Part shown: piece after piece, positions 27,652 to 36,167 of the stretch | Position numbering within the stretch: the first letter of the stretch is position 1 | Layout of the letters: each line of letters opens with the position of its first letter | Assembly (NCBI GenBank): GCA_934085585.1 | Contig: CAKOHI010000001.1 | Span: 8,549 to 72,548, forward strand | DNA length: 64,000 nt | From: an uncultured Bacilli bacterium | Lineage (GTDB): Bacteria; Bacillota_I; Bacilli_A; RF39; UBA660 | Reading direction: 5' to 3' | Translations under genes and position numbers: made by a program | The notes under the pieces: model-generated | Database searches by the model: none | Told to the model about the DNA's origin: nothing | What the model saw: the letters and a program-made list of their open reading frames with translations, nothing else

Positions 27652-28506
27652 TTATTTTTTTGTAATGCTCATATACATTTTGGCTTCTACTTCATAAAAA
27701 TTTAAATCTACTTCATAACCATCTTCATTTTTTCCTGTAAAATGAATCGAAGAATAACTGTTTTCTTTAAAACCGTCACTTATGAGTTTATCTGCATATT
27801 CATAATAAGAATCACTTGATATACCATAAAAATAAATTAAAAGATTATTTTCTTCATCTGAAAGTATCAAATGATGATTTTCTTTTGGAAATGATAGTTT
27901 TTGCCACATTTTAGTATTAATTTTTGTATCTAAATCTACTTTTTCATCATCAATTAACCATTTTTTATCTTCAATATTATAATGTACTCTATATAGTTTA
28001 TTATCACGCCCTATAACACCTATGTAAAGTTCACTTGGTTCCATTAAATTTACTTGTTCATTAGTTGGATATTCATTCCAAAAACGTTCATCATATCCTA
28101 GCAATATATTAATATCACTAACTTCACTACCTTTTTGTATTTCTGAATTAAAATATGATTTTAAAACGATTTTGTTATTGTCGGGATTTTCTGTTATATA
28201 ATCTGTATGAGAACTTAAAAAGTTATTAAATATTTTCATATCATCTTCTGTAGCGGTACTCTTTTTTGTGAAACTTAATTCCATTTCAATTAAATCATAT
28301 TCTGAATTATTTTTAAATGTTAATAATTGACATTCTCCATTTTGACATGCACTTGAATTAATTTCCCATTTAAAATCATCAATTGATAAATCCCTTATTT
28401 TTAAATTTTTATCTTCTTTAATTGGTTCTTCTTTTTCTCCACATCCAGATAATATTATAAAACTTACGAGTAAAAGTAGTATACTAACTATTTTATTTTT
28501 CTTCAT
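27652..28506 (-). CDS. lipoprotein, unknown function
   Basis: MKKNKIVSILLLLVSFIILSGCGEKE gives a signal peptide plus lipobox. 284 aa. Confidence 0.7.
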   Translation of the reverse strand: MKKNKIVSILLLLVSFIILSGCGEKEEPIKEDKNLKIRDLSIDDFKWEINSSACQNGECQLLTFKNNSEYDLIEMELSFTKKSTATEDDMKIFNNFLSSHTDYITENPDNNKIVLKSYFNSEIQKGSEVSDINILLGYDERFWNEYPTNEQVNLMEPSELYIGVIGRDNKLYRVHYNIEDKKWLIDDEKVDLDTKINTKMWQKLSFPKENHHLILSDEENNLLIYFYGISSDSYYEYADKLISDGFKENSYSSIHFTGKNEDGYEVDLNFYEVEAKMYMSITKK

Positions 28507-28608
28507 TAATAATCACCTGCAATTTTATTTTATCAAATTCTATAAATTAAAAATACATTTATTATCAAAATTATTAATAATTTACAACTTTTTATTCAAT
28601 ATTAAAAG

Positions 28609-28632
28609 GTTGATAACAATTAAGTTATCAAC
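28609..28632 (-). terminator. conserved palindrome family member b (GTTGATAAC-aattaa-GTTATCAAC)
   Basis: Identical in stem and loop to member c. Preceded on the plus strand by AAAA. Confidence 0.65.
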
Positions 28633-28758
28633 AGAGTTATAAATTTAATCTTTTTAATTTTATGGCGTTAGTGGGTAATGTACTGAATCTTATTAGTTGG
28701 ACAGTTAGCTTTGATATGAAATCCGTTTTTGAACATAGAAATGACTATTTTCAGTAAA
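28633..28758 (-). pseudogene. 3'-terminal remnant of a paralogue of the 31357..32055 gene
   Basis: Reads ...IRFSTLPTNAIKLKRLNL-stop, compared with ...ERFIEIMNDTISKEIKLERLMS-stop of the intact gene. It is followed by the same hairpin at the same distance. Confidence 0.45.
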
Positions 28759-29877
28759 TTATTTTACTTCATTTGAATCAACAACAATTAACGGTATATA
28801 TACTTCTTCATCTGAATATCCGGCATGTTGTGAAGTTAATGGGTAATCACCTTTATAAATAAAAGCCTTTTTAGTATAAGATATTGCAATATAATCACCT
28901 AATTCACTTCTAAACTTTTTGTTTTCTTCTCCATCTCCAAACAATTTCATGTTTATGATTTCACTTTTTGTAAATAAATAAAAATAATTTCCAAAATATT
29001 TTTCAAATAAATACTCAAAAGTTTTTTTCATATTATTTTTTACAAAAAAAGCTGTTGTTCTAGGTTCAATTGATGGTAATTTTTCTAAACAATCTAAAAG
29101 GTCTTGATAATTTTCTAAAAATATATTTTCTGCGTTTAAATGTCCGTGATCAGCTATAACAAAAATCAAAGTATCGTTTAATTTTTGTGCTAATTTATAA
29201 ACTCTATCTTGCATATTTACAATAATATTTTTTATTTCGCTATTGTCAGTACCTAAATCATGTAATGTATAGTCTGGTTCATCATAATATGAATAAATAT
29301 ATTTTTTTTCATTAATATTACATAAATTTTCTATTTTATTAAACATATCATCTAAATCAGTATATTTTTGATCATCAAATGGAATGACTTTATATCCTTT
29401 AAATTTTGTTTCTTCATTTATTCTATCCGTAACTTCTTTTTGCGTTAAATATTTTTTTATGTATTCTGTTGCACTATCTAAAACTTTGTTATCTTCATCA
29501 CCCTTTGATGATTTAGCAAATGTAACAATTGTATCGTCACATTCATCAAAATACATAGTCCACCCTAGCATTCCCGTTTCACACGGATTTAATCCAGTTC
29601 GCATACTTGTAGTGGCAGCAACAGTTGTGGCAGGAAAAACTGTTGAAATACTTTTTATTCTATTTTTTATAAAAAATGAATCTTTTGTTAAATGTTTATC
29701 TAATAAAGAATTCCCCATTCCATCTAAAAGAATAGTTACCACATTTTTTGGCTTTTTTTCTTCAAGCAATTTATCAATATAATCTATGGTATTATGTTTA
29801 TATGAAGATCCAAAGTATTTTGAAATTGAGCATGCTAAATTAGTAAGGCATTCATTATAGTTGTTTTTTAACTTCAT
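28759..29877 (-). CDS. alkaline-phosphatase superfamily protein (nucleotide pyrophosphatase/phosphodiesterase-like)
   Basis: TILLDGMG (metal Asp), FPATTVAATTSMRTGL (nucleophile Thr block), IADHGH. No signal peptide. The second ATG (29877) has better SD spacing than the track start at 29883. Confidence 0.7.
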   Translation of the reverse strand: MKLKNNYNECLTNLACSISKYFGSSYKHNTIDYIDKLLEEKKPKNVVTILLDGMGNSLLDKHLTKDSFFIKNRIKSISTVFPATTVAATTSMRTGLNPCETGMLGWTMYFDECDDTIVTFAKSSKGDEDNKVLDSATEYIKKYLTQKEVTDRINEETKFKGYKVIPFDDQKYTDLDDMFNKIENLCNINEKKYIYSYYDEPDYTLHDLGTDNSEIKNIIVNMQDRVYKLAQKLNDTLIFVIADHGHLNAENIFLENYQDLLDCLEKLPSIEPRTTAFFVKNNMKKTFEYLFEKYFGNYFYLFTKSEIINMKLFGDGEENKKFRSELGDYIAISYTKKAFIYKGDYPLTSQHAGYSDEEVYIPLIVVDSNEVK

Positions 29878-30493
29878 TTTCATTGCTCCTTATTATCCAA
29901 TATAGATCTTGTATAGTATGATTTTTATCAACTATATAACAATCTATCCCTACGTTATCAGCACCAACTTTATCACTTTTGATACTATCACCAATCATAA
30001 TACAATCTTCTTTGTCGGTTTTGCCAATTGCTAATTTAAAGGACTCTAAATCAGGTTTCATCGCATTTTCACCAGCTACAATTTTATCAATATATTCAAG
30101 TAATCCAGCTCTTTTTAATCTTGGAATTTGTGTTCCACTAAACCAACTAGTTAAAATAACTATTTCTTTACCATTTTCTTTTAAATATTTAAATAATTCT
30201 AAAGTACCTTCTACTACTTCATCCACAATTGTTTTTCCATTATATAGCATCCAACCATTAATAACATCTTCGGTCACAGTAAAACCATATTTTCTAAAAT
30301 AATCACTTAATGTCTTTGTATCATATTTTGGAAATTCATGTTCATATTTATTTAAAATATCTTGTTTTTGTTTAAAAAATTCTTCTTGTTCTTTTAAAGG
30401 AATATTTAATTTAAAATAATCATCTTCTTTAGACCAATCTGGAATTAATATTGTATAATCTATATCAAAAATATATTTTTTATAATTTTTCAT
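29855..30493 (-). CDS. HAD-superfamily hydrolase
   Basis: Motif I is FDIDYTIL, motif II is LTSW, and motif IV is MIGDSIKSD. Start moved to the ATG at 30493 (GGAGGAG RBS). Overlaps both neighbours. Confidence 0.8.
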   Translation of the reverse strand: MKNYKKYIFDIDYTILIPDWSKEDDYFKLNIPLKEQEEFFKQKQDILNKYEHEFPKYDTKTLSDYFRKYGFTVTEDVINGWMLYNGKTIVDEVVEGTLELFKYLKENGKEIVILTSWFSGTQIPRLKRAGLLEYIDKIVAGENAMKPDLESFKLAIGKTDKEDCIMIGDSIKSDKVGADNVGIDCYIVDKNHTIQDLYWIIRSNENEVKKQL

Positions 30494-31139
30494 CTGTACT
30501 CCTCCATTTAAATAAAGCATATATATTTATTAATAAATACATAATGGACATTAATAAAACCATGAGTGAATCAAACCCACCACTACTGTAATTAATTATC
30601 CATAATATTAAATCTAAAACATTGTTTATTAAATATAATATCCAAGATTCATTATATCTTAACATTAATAGTATACCAGCAATAAAACTAATAACGTTAG
30701 TAAAAGAATCTAAATATGTTAATCGTTCCCCGGGAATTAGCCCCAATAAATAGGCAACAATTAGTCCAATAATAATTGCTGTAATAATTGTAATAATTCC
30801 GTTTTTAACACCTAATCCTCTATTTTCTACTAAATCCTTATTTGAATTATTATTCCATTCAAAATAACCTTTAATATTAATTGGCATAAAAAGAAATAGA
30901 TTAAATATTACCAAGCCATAATTATTATTTTTAAAAGCAATATATGATAAAACAAGATTATTAACAATACCTATTAGAAAATTTATCTTATTACCTATAC
31001 TACCGTAATAACTATTTAATATTCCAGTTATTAATACTATTATTCCTAATAATGTGTTATCTGTGGTTAAACCAATAATTGTAGATATAATACATACTAA
31101 TAATGGAATCAATATTTGCTTCAATTTTATCTTTTTCAT
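30480..31139 (-). CDS. pnuC: PnuC-type nicotinamide riboside transporter
   Basis: 219 aa with about 7 TM helices. The Trp-containing segments (WILYLINNVLDLILWI...) are typical of PnuC. First gene of a three-gene overlapping operon. Confidence 0.65.
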   Translation of the reverse strand: MKKIKLKQILIPLLVCIISTIIGLTTDNTLLGIIVLITGILNSYYGSIGNKINFLIGIVNNLVLSYIAFKNNNYGLVIFNLFLFMPINIKGYFEWNNNSNKDLVENRGLGVKNGIITIITAIIIGLIVAYLLGLIPGERLTYLDSFTNVISFIAGILLMLRYNESWILYLINNVLDLILWIINYSSGGFDSLMVLLMSIMYLLINIYALFKWRSTDEKL

Positions 31140-31327
31140 TTTTCACCTTCTTTCAAGTGTAAAATATTTGAAGCACATAATTTCAAACTAATTATACCAT
31201 TAACCCACTAAAAAATATAGTTAAAATGAACTTTATGAGTTTAATTTTGGATTAATATTAAAAAAATTTGTTTAGCCATTTTAAGTTTTTATCTGTAAGA
31301 AATGAAAGGCGTGGATAGTATAAAAAA

Positions 31328-31353
31328 TGTTGATAACAATTAAGTTATCAACA
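31328..31353 (-). terminator. conserved palindrome family member c (TGTTGATAAC-aattaa-GTTATCAACA)
   Basis: Lies 3 nt after the stop at 31357. A6 on the plus side. Confidence 0.65.
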
Positions 31354-31356
31354 CAA

Positions 31357-32055
31357 TTATGACATTAATCTTTCTAATTTGATTTCTTTAGAAATTGTAT
31401 CATTCATTATTTCTATAAATCTTTCGTTAGAAATATTAACTAGTAATTTTCTTATTTCGTCTTCATTTAAGTGAGAAATAATGTTCATTATATATTCATA
31501 TTCCATTTCAAATAACATTTTTTCTTTATATTTTTGAATATTTTCTTGCCAATATTGTGTTTGTTTTAATTCATTATAATATGTATTAATTATAAATATC
31601 AAATATTCTTTTAATTGCTTTTCTAGTTTTAAATCTGTTATTCTAATTTCTAAACTAATATTCTCTAGTGAAATCCCTGGTGTTATATAAAAATCATTAT
31701 TTTTAGAAAATGATAAAGTAAATGAAATGGAATTACTATTTACATTGAAGCTGTATACTACAGGAAAATTCGCTAGTAGATAATCAATTAATACTTTTAA
31801 AGTACTAATGCTTAAAAAATAATTAGTTGTTAATTCTCCATTTTCCGCACTGCTTTTACAACTTTCTGTACCATCGAGAACACTAATAAATGTGTATGGC
31901 AAATTATCTATTTCCACTAGATTTATTATTATGTCTGTTGATGGTCTTTTAAAACTTGGCATATCTAAATCTACTCTTGGTGTTTTAACGGGATGCAATT
32001 CATTTATTAAACTAATTATTCTTTCTGTTATATCTTTTTCTTTTGTTATTTCCAT
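31357..32055 (-). CDS. hypothetical protein (232 aa)
   Basis: Start moved to the ATG at 32055 (GGAGG 9 nt upstream; the track start is TTG at 32103). No recognisable motif. The C-terminal half is a helical, charged region. Confidence 0.5.
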   Translation of the reverse strand: MEITKEKDITERIISLINELHPVKTPRVDLDMPSFKRPSTDIIINLVEIDNLPYTFISVLDGTESCKSSAENGELTTNYFLSISTLKVLIDYLLANFPVVYSFNVNSNSISFTLSFSKNNDFYITPGISLENISLEIRITDLKLEKQLKEYLIFIINTYYNELKQTQYWQENIQKYKEKMLFEMEYEYIMNIISHLNEDEIRKLLVNISNERFIEIMNDTISKEIKLERLMS

Positions 32056-32194
32056 GACCAAAACCTCCATTCTATTTTTAAAATGCGTAAATGTTTCATT
32101 CAAACTATTCTATAATCTGTCAATATATTTGTTTCTTATTAACTATTTTTTATACCACTATCTTTTTTTATCACAATTAAATAAATAAAAAATA

Positions 32195-33079
32195 TTAGTC
32201 GGTTATTAAATTATTTTCTTCTTTCACCTGTTTTTGTAACACTTCTAAATCTTTAATATTCTTATTTTCTTTTAATACTTTCATTTGTCTTCTTGCAGAA
32301 TTATTAAGTTTTATCAATCTTTCTCTTTGAGGGATTTTTTCCTCAATTAACTCTGCATTTGTATTTTGCAAATTGTTTAATATTACTAAATGTAATAAAT
32401 CAGTATAATCTCTTATATTTCCACTTTTAGCAAGTTCTGGGTTTTCTTTTCGCCATTCTTTAGCTGTCATACCAAATAAGGCAACATTTAAAACATCAGC
32501 TTCTTCGGCATAAACGAATTTTTTCTGTTCTTCAGTAAGTGCTGGAACGATATATGTTTTTACCGCATCCGTATGAACTACATAGTTTAATTTGGATAAA
32601 ATTCTATTTGCTTGCCAATCTATTTTTTCTTGGTATGCTTCATTTGCTTTTAATCTTTCAAACTCTGTTATTAAATATAATTTAAATTCTGGAGATAACC
32701 AACTAGCAAACTCAAATGCTATATCTGGATGAGCATATGTTCCAATACTATATCTTCCACCTTTTGAAATTATTCCTATTGCATTAGTTCTTTTTATCCA
32801 TTGAGACGGGGACATTGCAAATGAATTTTTGCCATATTCTGTTTTAATTTGGTCGAATTCGACCAAATTAAAATTTTTATTATGAATTTCTTCCCATAAA
32901 CCAATATAATCAATTGTGGTTATTCTTCTTAACCAATTTTTCACTGTAAAAGATGGATCACTAGAATTTTGATATTTTGCCAAGTCAGTTAATGATATAT
33001 AACTTACTTTTCCAATTCTTAATATTCCTATTTTATTTTCCTTAACAATTATTTGTGCTTTTACTAAATCATTTTTCAT
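32195..33079 (-). CDS. KilA-N domain-containing protein
   Basis: ...ISLTDLAKY..., ...YAHPDIAFEFASWLSPEFKLYLITEFERLK is the KilA-N core. The C-terminal coiled region is typical of phage or ICE cargo. Confidence 0.75.
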   Translation of the reverse strand: MKNDLVKAQIIVKENKIGILRIGKVSYISLTDLAKYQNSSDPSFTVKNWLRRITTIDYIGLWEEIHNKNFNLVEFDQIKTEYGKNSFAMSPSQWIKRTNAIGIISKGGRYSIGTYAHPDIAFEFASWLSPEFKLYLITEFERLKANEAYQEKIDWQANRILSKLNYVVHTDAVKTYIVPALTEEQKKFVYAEEADVLNVALFGMTAKEWRKENPELAKSGNIRDYTDLLHLVILNNLQNTNAELIEEKIPQRERLIKLNNSARRQMKVLKENKNIKDLEVLQKQVKEENNLITD

Positions 33080-33178
33080 TTTTTATCTCCTTTCAATTTT
33101 TATATTTTAAAAAGTATTAAATAATTTATTTTTTAATTATAATCTTCATTATAAAAATTTAGTATTTTTTTAAATTCT

Positions 33179-33316
33179 AATTAATTTACTATTCATATTT
33201 CCCCCTATAAATAGAATTATTTGTTAATTTAATTATACCATTAATTTCTTTTAGCCACAATAACATATCATTAATTTCAAAAAAATTGTTGATAACATTT
33301 AAGTTGTCAACAATTT
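33179..33316. repeat. copy 1 of a ~135-bp module: family hairpin, promoter, RBS and the first codons of rhuM
   Basis: Aligns base-for-base by eye with 35127-35262 (offset 1948). Contains TTGTGG-17-TGgTATAAT on the minus strand, GGGGGAAAT, and then ATG AAT AGT AAA TTA ATT AGA ATT TAA (MNSKLIRI-stop) versus MNNKLIGTEK of rhuM. Confidence 0.7.
33285..33314 (-). terminator. conserved palindrome family member d (ATTGTTGATAAC-atttaa-GTTGTCAACAAT)
   Basis: 12-bp stem with one A-to-G change that still pairs as G-U. A5 on the plus side. Downstream of the NUDIX gene stop at 33330. Confidence 0.65.
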
Positions 33317-33329
33317 TTGTTTGATATCT

Positions 33330-33935
33330 TTATCTACCCCTTGATCCAAATTTTCTTTTATAAATTTCAATTAAATCTGGATCATTTTGATTTTCTGGCA
33401 AATTATCTAAATCGAAGAATTTCATATTTTTGGATTCACTATCCCATTTTAATTCACCGCTATAATTTCTAATACAATAAAGTGCTGTGTTATTAATTAC
33501 TACATCCCCATTTGGATAATCATTTCTTCTTGAAGCTCCAGATACAATGTCTATTAATTCTAAATCTTCTTCTTTAACATCAAGATTTGTTTCTTCTTTT
33601 ACTTCTCTTAAAACTGTATCTTGAAACCTTTCTCCTAGTTCTTGACAGCCACCAGGTAATCCCCATTTATCTCTGTCTGCTCTACTTTGTAATAAAATTT
33701 GTCCCTCACTATTAACAATTATTGCAGCAGCACCATCTTGTAATAAAACAAATCTATGTTTTAATACACCCATACATAATCTAGTAAATACAGGATATCC
33801 AATAACATTACTTAATTCAATTATTTCATCTGACGTTAATGGTTCAATTATTTTTACTAAATCTTCATATGATAAATCTCTTTTTTCTTGTGTTGATAAG
33901 TTTCTTATTTTATCAATTACTTCTTTGCTACTCAT
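33330..33935 (-). CDS. NUDIX hydrolase with about 70-aa N-terminal extension
   Basis: Nudix box GLPGGCQELGERFQDTVLREVKEETNL. Confidence 0.85.
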   Translation of the reverse strand: MSSKEVIDKIRNLSTQEKRDLSYEDLVKIIEPLTSDEIIELSNVIGYPVFTRLCMGVLKHRFVLLQDGAAAIIVNSEGQILLQSRADRDKWGLPGGCQELGERFQDTVLREVKEETNLDVKEEDLELIDIVSGASRRNDYPNGDVVINNTALYCIRNYSGELKWDSESKNMKFFDLDNLPENQNDPDLIEIYKRKFGSRGR

Positions 33936-34132
33936 TATTTTTCCTCCTTAAATAATTAAGACTAGTATAACATATATTTTTTTATTTATCTACTTTTTTC
34001 TAATCGCGGATAACTTTGATTGTAATTTAAAAAGGCTTACAATGCACTAGTAATAGCACTACTATCAAAAATTGCTCTTTTATAAAATCCACTTGTTAAG
34101 TAACCTGTAATGCCATTTTCTTTATTTATTTT

Positions 34133-35144
34133 CTATTTTTTTGTCTCCAGTATTAACTTATCAAAGTCTGAAATATAATTTTTATCTTGAATTATTCTAT
34201 ATTTTTCATATTCTTTCATAGCTTTTTCTAAAGATTTTTTATGAGATATTTTGCCTTTGTTTTCTAAAACATCATAATGCAGTAATATTAATTCATTTTC
34301 AACTTCTTTTATCCAATCATTCATACATTGGAATATTTCTTTCTGCATTATTTTCAGCAATATCTAAAAATAAATTTACTAAATTATTTAAATTTTTAAT
34401 TTCTTTTTCATCTAAATAATTTTTTGCTATTATTACATCTGATTTTAAAATTTTCCCATCCGGAGATTTTTCCCATGTTGTTAATCCCATGTTATCTTTG
34501 TTGGCATCAACCCTGTTATAAACTATTTCTGCTGCTGTTTGTCTAGTAATGGCGTAATGAAATTTATTTTGAATGGTTTTGTAAAATGTTATTGCTTCAT
34601 TAGCGTTTTTATTATAATCAATTGAACATTCTGCAAATATATCAGTGATTTTTTGATAAAACATTCTCTCACTAGTACGAATTAACTTAATTCTTTCCAA
34701 TAATCTTTTAAAATATTCCTGATCTGATTTTCTAGCTTTCATGAATCTGTCATCATTTAAAGCAAAACCTTGAATCATGTAATCTTTAATTATTTTGTTA
34801 GCCCAAGTTCTAAATTTAATTGCCTTTTTTGAATTAACTCTGAAACCTATAGAAATAATCATATCAAGATTATAATAAGAATATGTTCTTTGCACACTTC
34901 GATTTCCTTCTTTTTGAACTTGTGCAATTTTTGCACAAGTTGCCACTTCTTTTAATTCATCATCTTTATAAATATTATTAATGTGCCTGATAATACCTGT
35001 TCTATCAACATTAAAAAGTGCTGCAATAGCTTCTGTATTTAACCAAACATCTTCATTTTCAAGTAATACTTCAATTTTTGTATTACCTTCTTCATCATTA
35101 TAAAATATAATATTCTTTTCTGTGCCAATTAATTTATTATTCAT
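34133..35144 (-). pseudogene. RhuM-family protein, interrupted by a frameshift near 34325
   Basis: The two track ORFs (34317..35144 and 34133..34360) together give a full-length RhuM. The junction reads ...ATT CCA ATG T ATG AAT GAT TGG..., where the family normally has IPMTMxDW. Confidence 0.7.
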
Positions 35145-35262
35145 ATTTCCCCCTTATACATAATTATTTGTCAATTTAATTATATCATTAATTTTCTTTA
35201 GCCACAATAACAATGCTATATTTTAGAAAAAAATGTTAATAACTTTATAGTTATTAACTCAT
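35127..35262. repeat. copy 2 of the hairpin-promoter-RBS-rhuM-start module (the functional one)
   Basis: See copy 1. The minus strand carries TTGTGG (35202-35207), 17 nt, TATAAT (35179-35184), and the rhuM ATG at 35144. Confidence 0.7.
35235..35258 (-). terminator. conserved palindrome family member e (GTTAATAAC-tttata-GTTATTAAC)
   Basis: Same family, with a compensatory double change (G-to-A in the left arm, C-to-T in the right arm) that preserves pairing. A7 on the plus side. Confidence 0.6.
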
Positions 35263-35338
35263 TATTTATATATTGCCTTTTAAATTTTAATGGTAATGTT
35301 AAACATTTTTTTCTAACACCTAATTATTTCGCTATGTT

Positions 35339-36148
35339 TTATCTTTTTATACTTTGTTGCTCTCTAGTTTCATTCATCATAAATACTAATGCTTCTACTT
35401 GTTCTATATCATCTTTAGAAATAATTTTGGTTTCACCTTTTGAAATATTTCTGCGTGCTTTAAAACATTTTAGAAACACAACTTGAGTAAAGTCGATGTA
35501 GTTTTGTCCTCCGAGATTTTTAGCAAATGATAATAAGTTACCAGTAACATATGTTTTTTTAATTTCATCTCTAAATGTTTTATAAAACAAATTAATTACT
35601 GGGAATAACTGCTCTTGCCATGATGAAGATATTTTTAAATCTATGCCTAGTCTTTTAAGTTCCTCCAAAATATCTATTGTTATTTTTTGATTAATTATTT
35701 CATTTAAGTCATTATCATTGGATACTATTCCATTATTTTGTTCTGTTATTGTACTTAAACCACTTATTATTCTTAATGGATTTTTTGATAAAACATGGCA
35801 ACTAATCATATGATTCATTTCGTGAATTATATGGGTTATATTATATGATAAAGGTAGAATTAAAACATCTAATTCATCAATAAAAGCACTTTGTGAAAAA
35901 CATTTCTCTTTATATTTCTTTAAGTATTCATCTATAATTTCTTTTGGCAAAGAGGTTTCTATTATATCATTTATATCGCTATAATTTTGTATTTCATCAT
36001 CATACCAAATAATCTTCAGCTCTTTAAATCTATTAGTGATAAAATCGGAATACTCAGTTCCATAAACATTAATAAAAGCCTGAATTATTACATCTAAATC
36101 TTCGTTTAATTTTATTTTACAAATATTATGTTTTGGTTTTAAATCCAT
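35339..36148 (-). CDS. hypothetical protein with HExxH motif (possible zinc metallopeptidase)
   Basis: 269 aa with ITHIIHEMNHMISCH. There is no other family signature I can place. Confidence 0.45.
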   Translation of the reverse strand: MDLKPKHNICKIKLNEDLDVIIQAFINVYGTEYSDFITNRFKELKIIWYDDEIQNYSDINDIIETSLPKEIIDEYLKKYKEKCFSQSAFIDELDVLILPLSYNITHIIHEMNHMISCHVLSKNPLRIISGLSTITEQNNGIVSNDNDLNEIINQKITIDILEELKRLGIDLKISSSWQEQLFPVINLFYKTFRDEIKKTYVTGNLLSFAKNLGGQNYIDFTQVVFLKCFKARRNISKGETKIISKDDIEQVEALVFMMNETREQQSIKR

Positions 36149-36167
36149 AGTACATATCCCCTTTATA

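Noticed and set aside
27621-35258. Interpretation of the repeated palindromes as integron attC sites (a gene-cassette array)
   Set aside because: The arms do not fit the attC R''/R' cores (RYYYAAC / GTTRRRY). The elements are only about 26 bp with perfect stems and no extrahelical bases or unpaired spacer. No intI or attI is present. Each cargo gene appears to have its own promoter. The cassette-like behaviour is kept only as a looser hypothesis.
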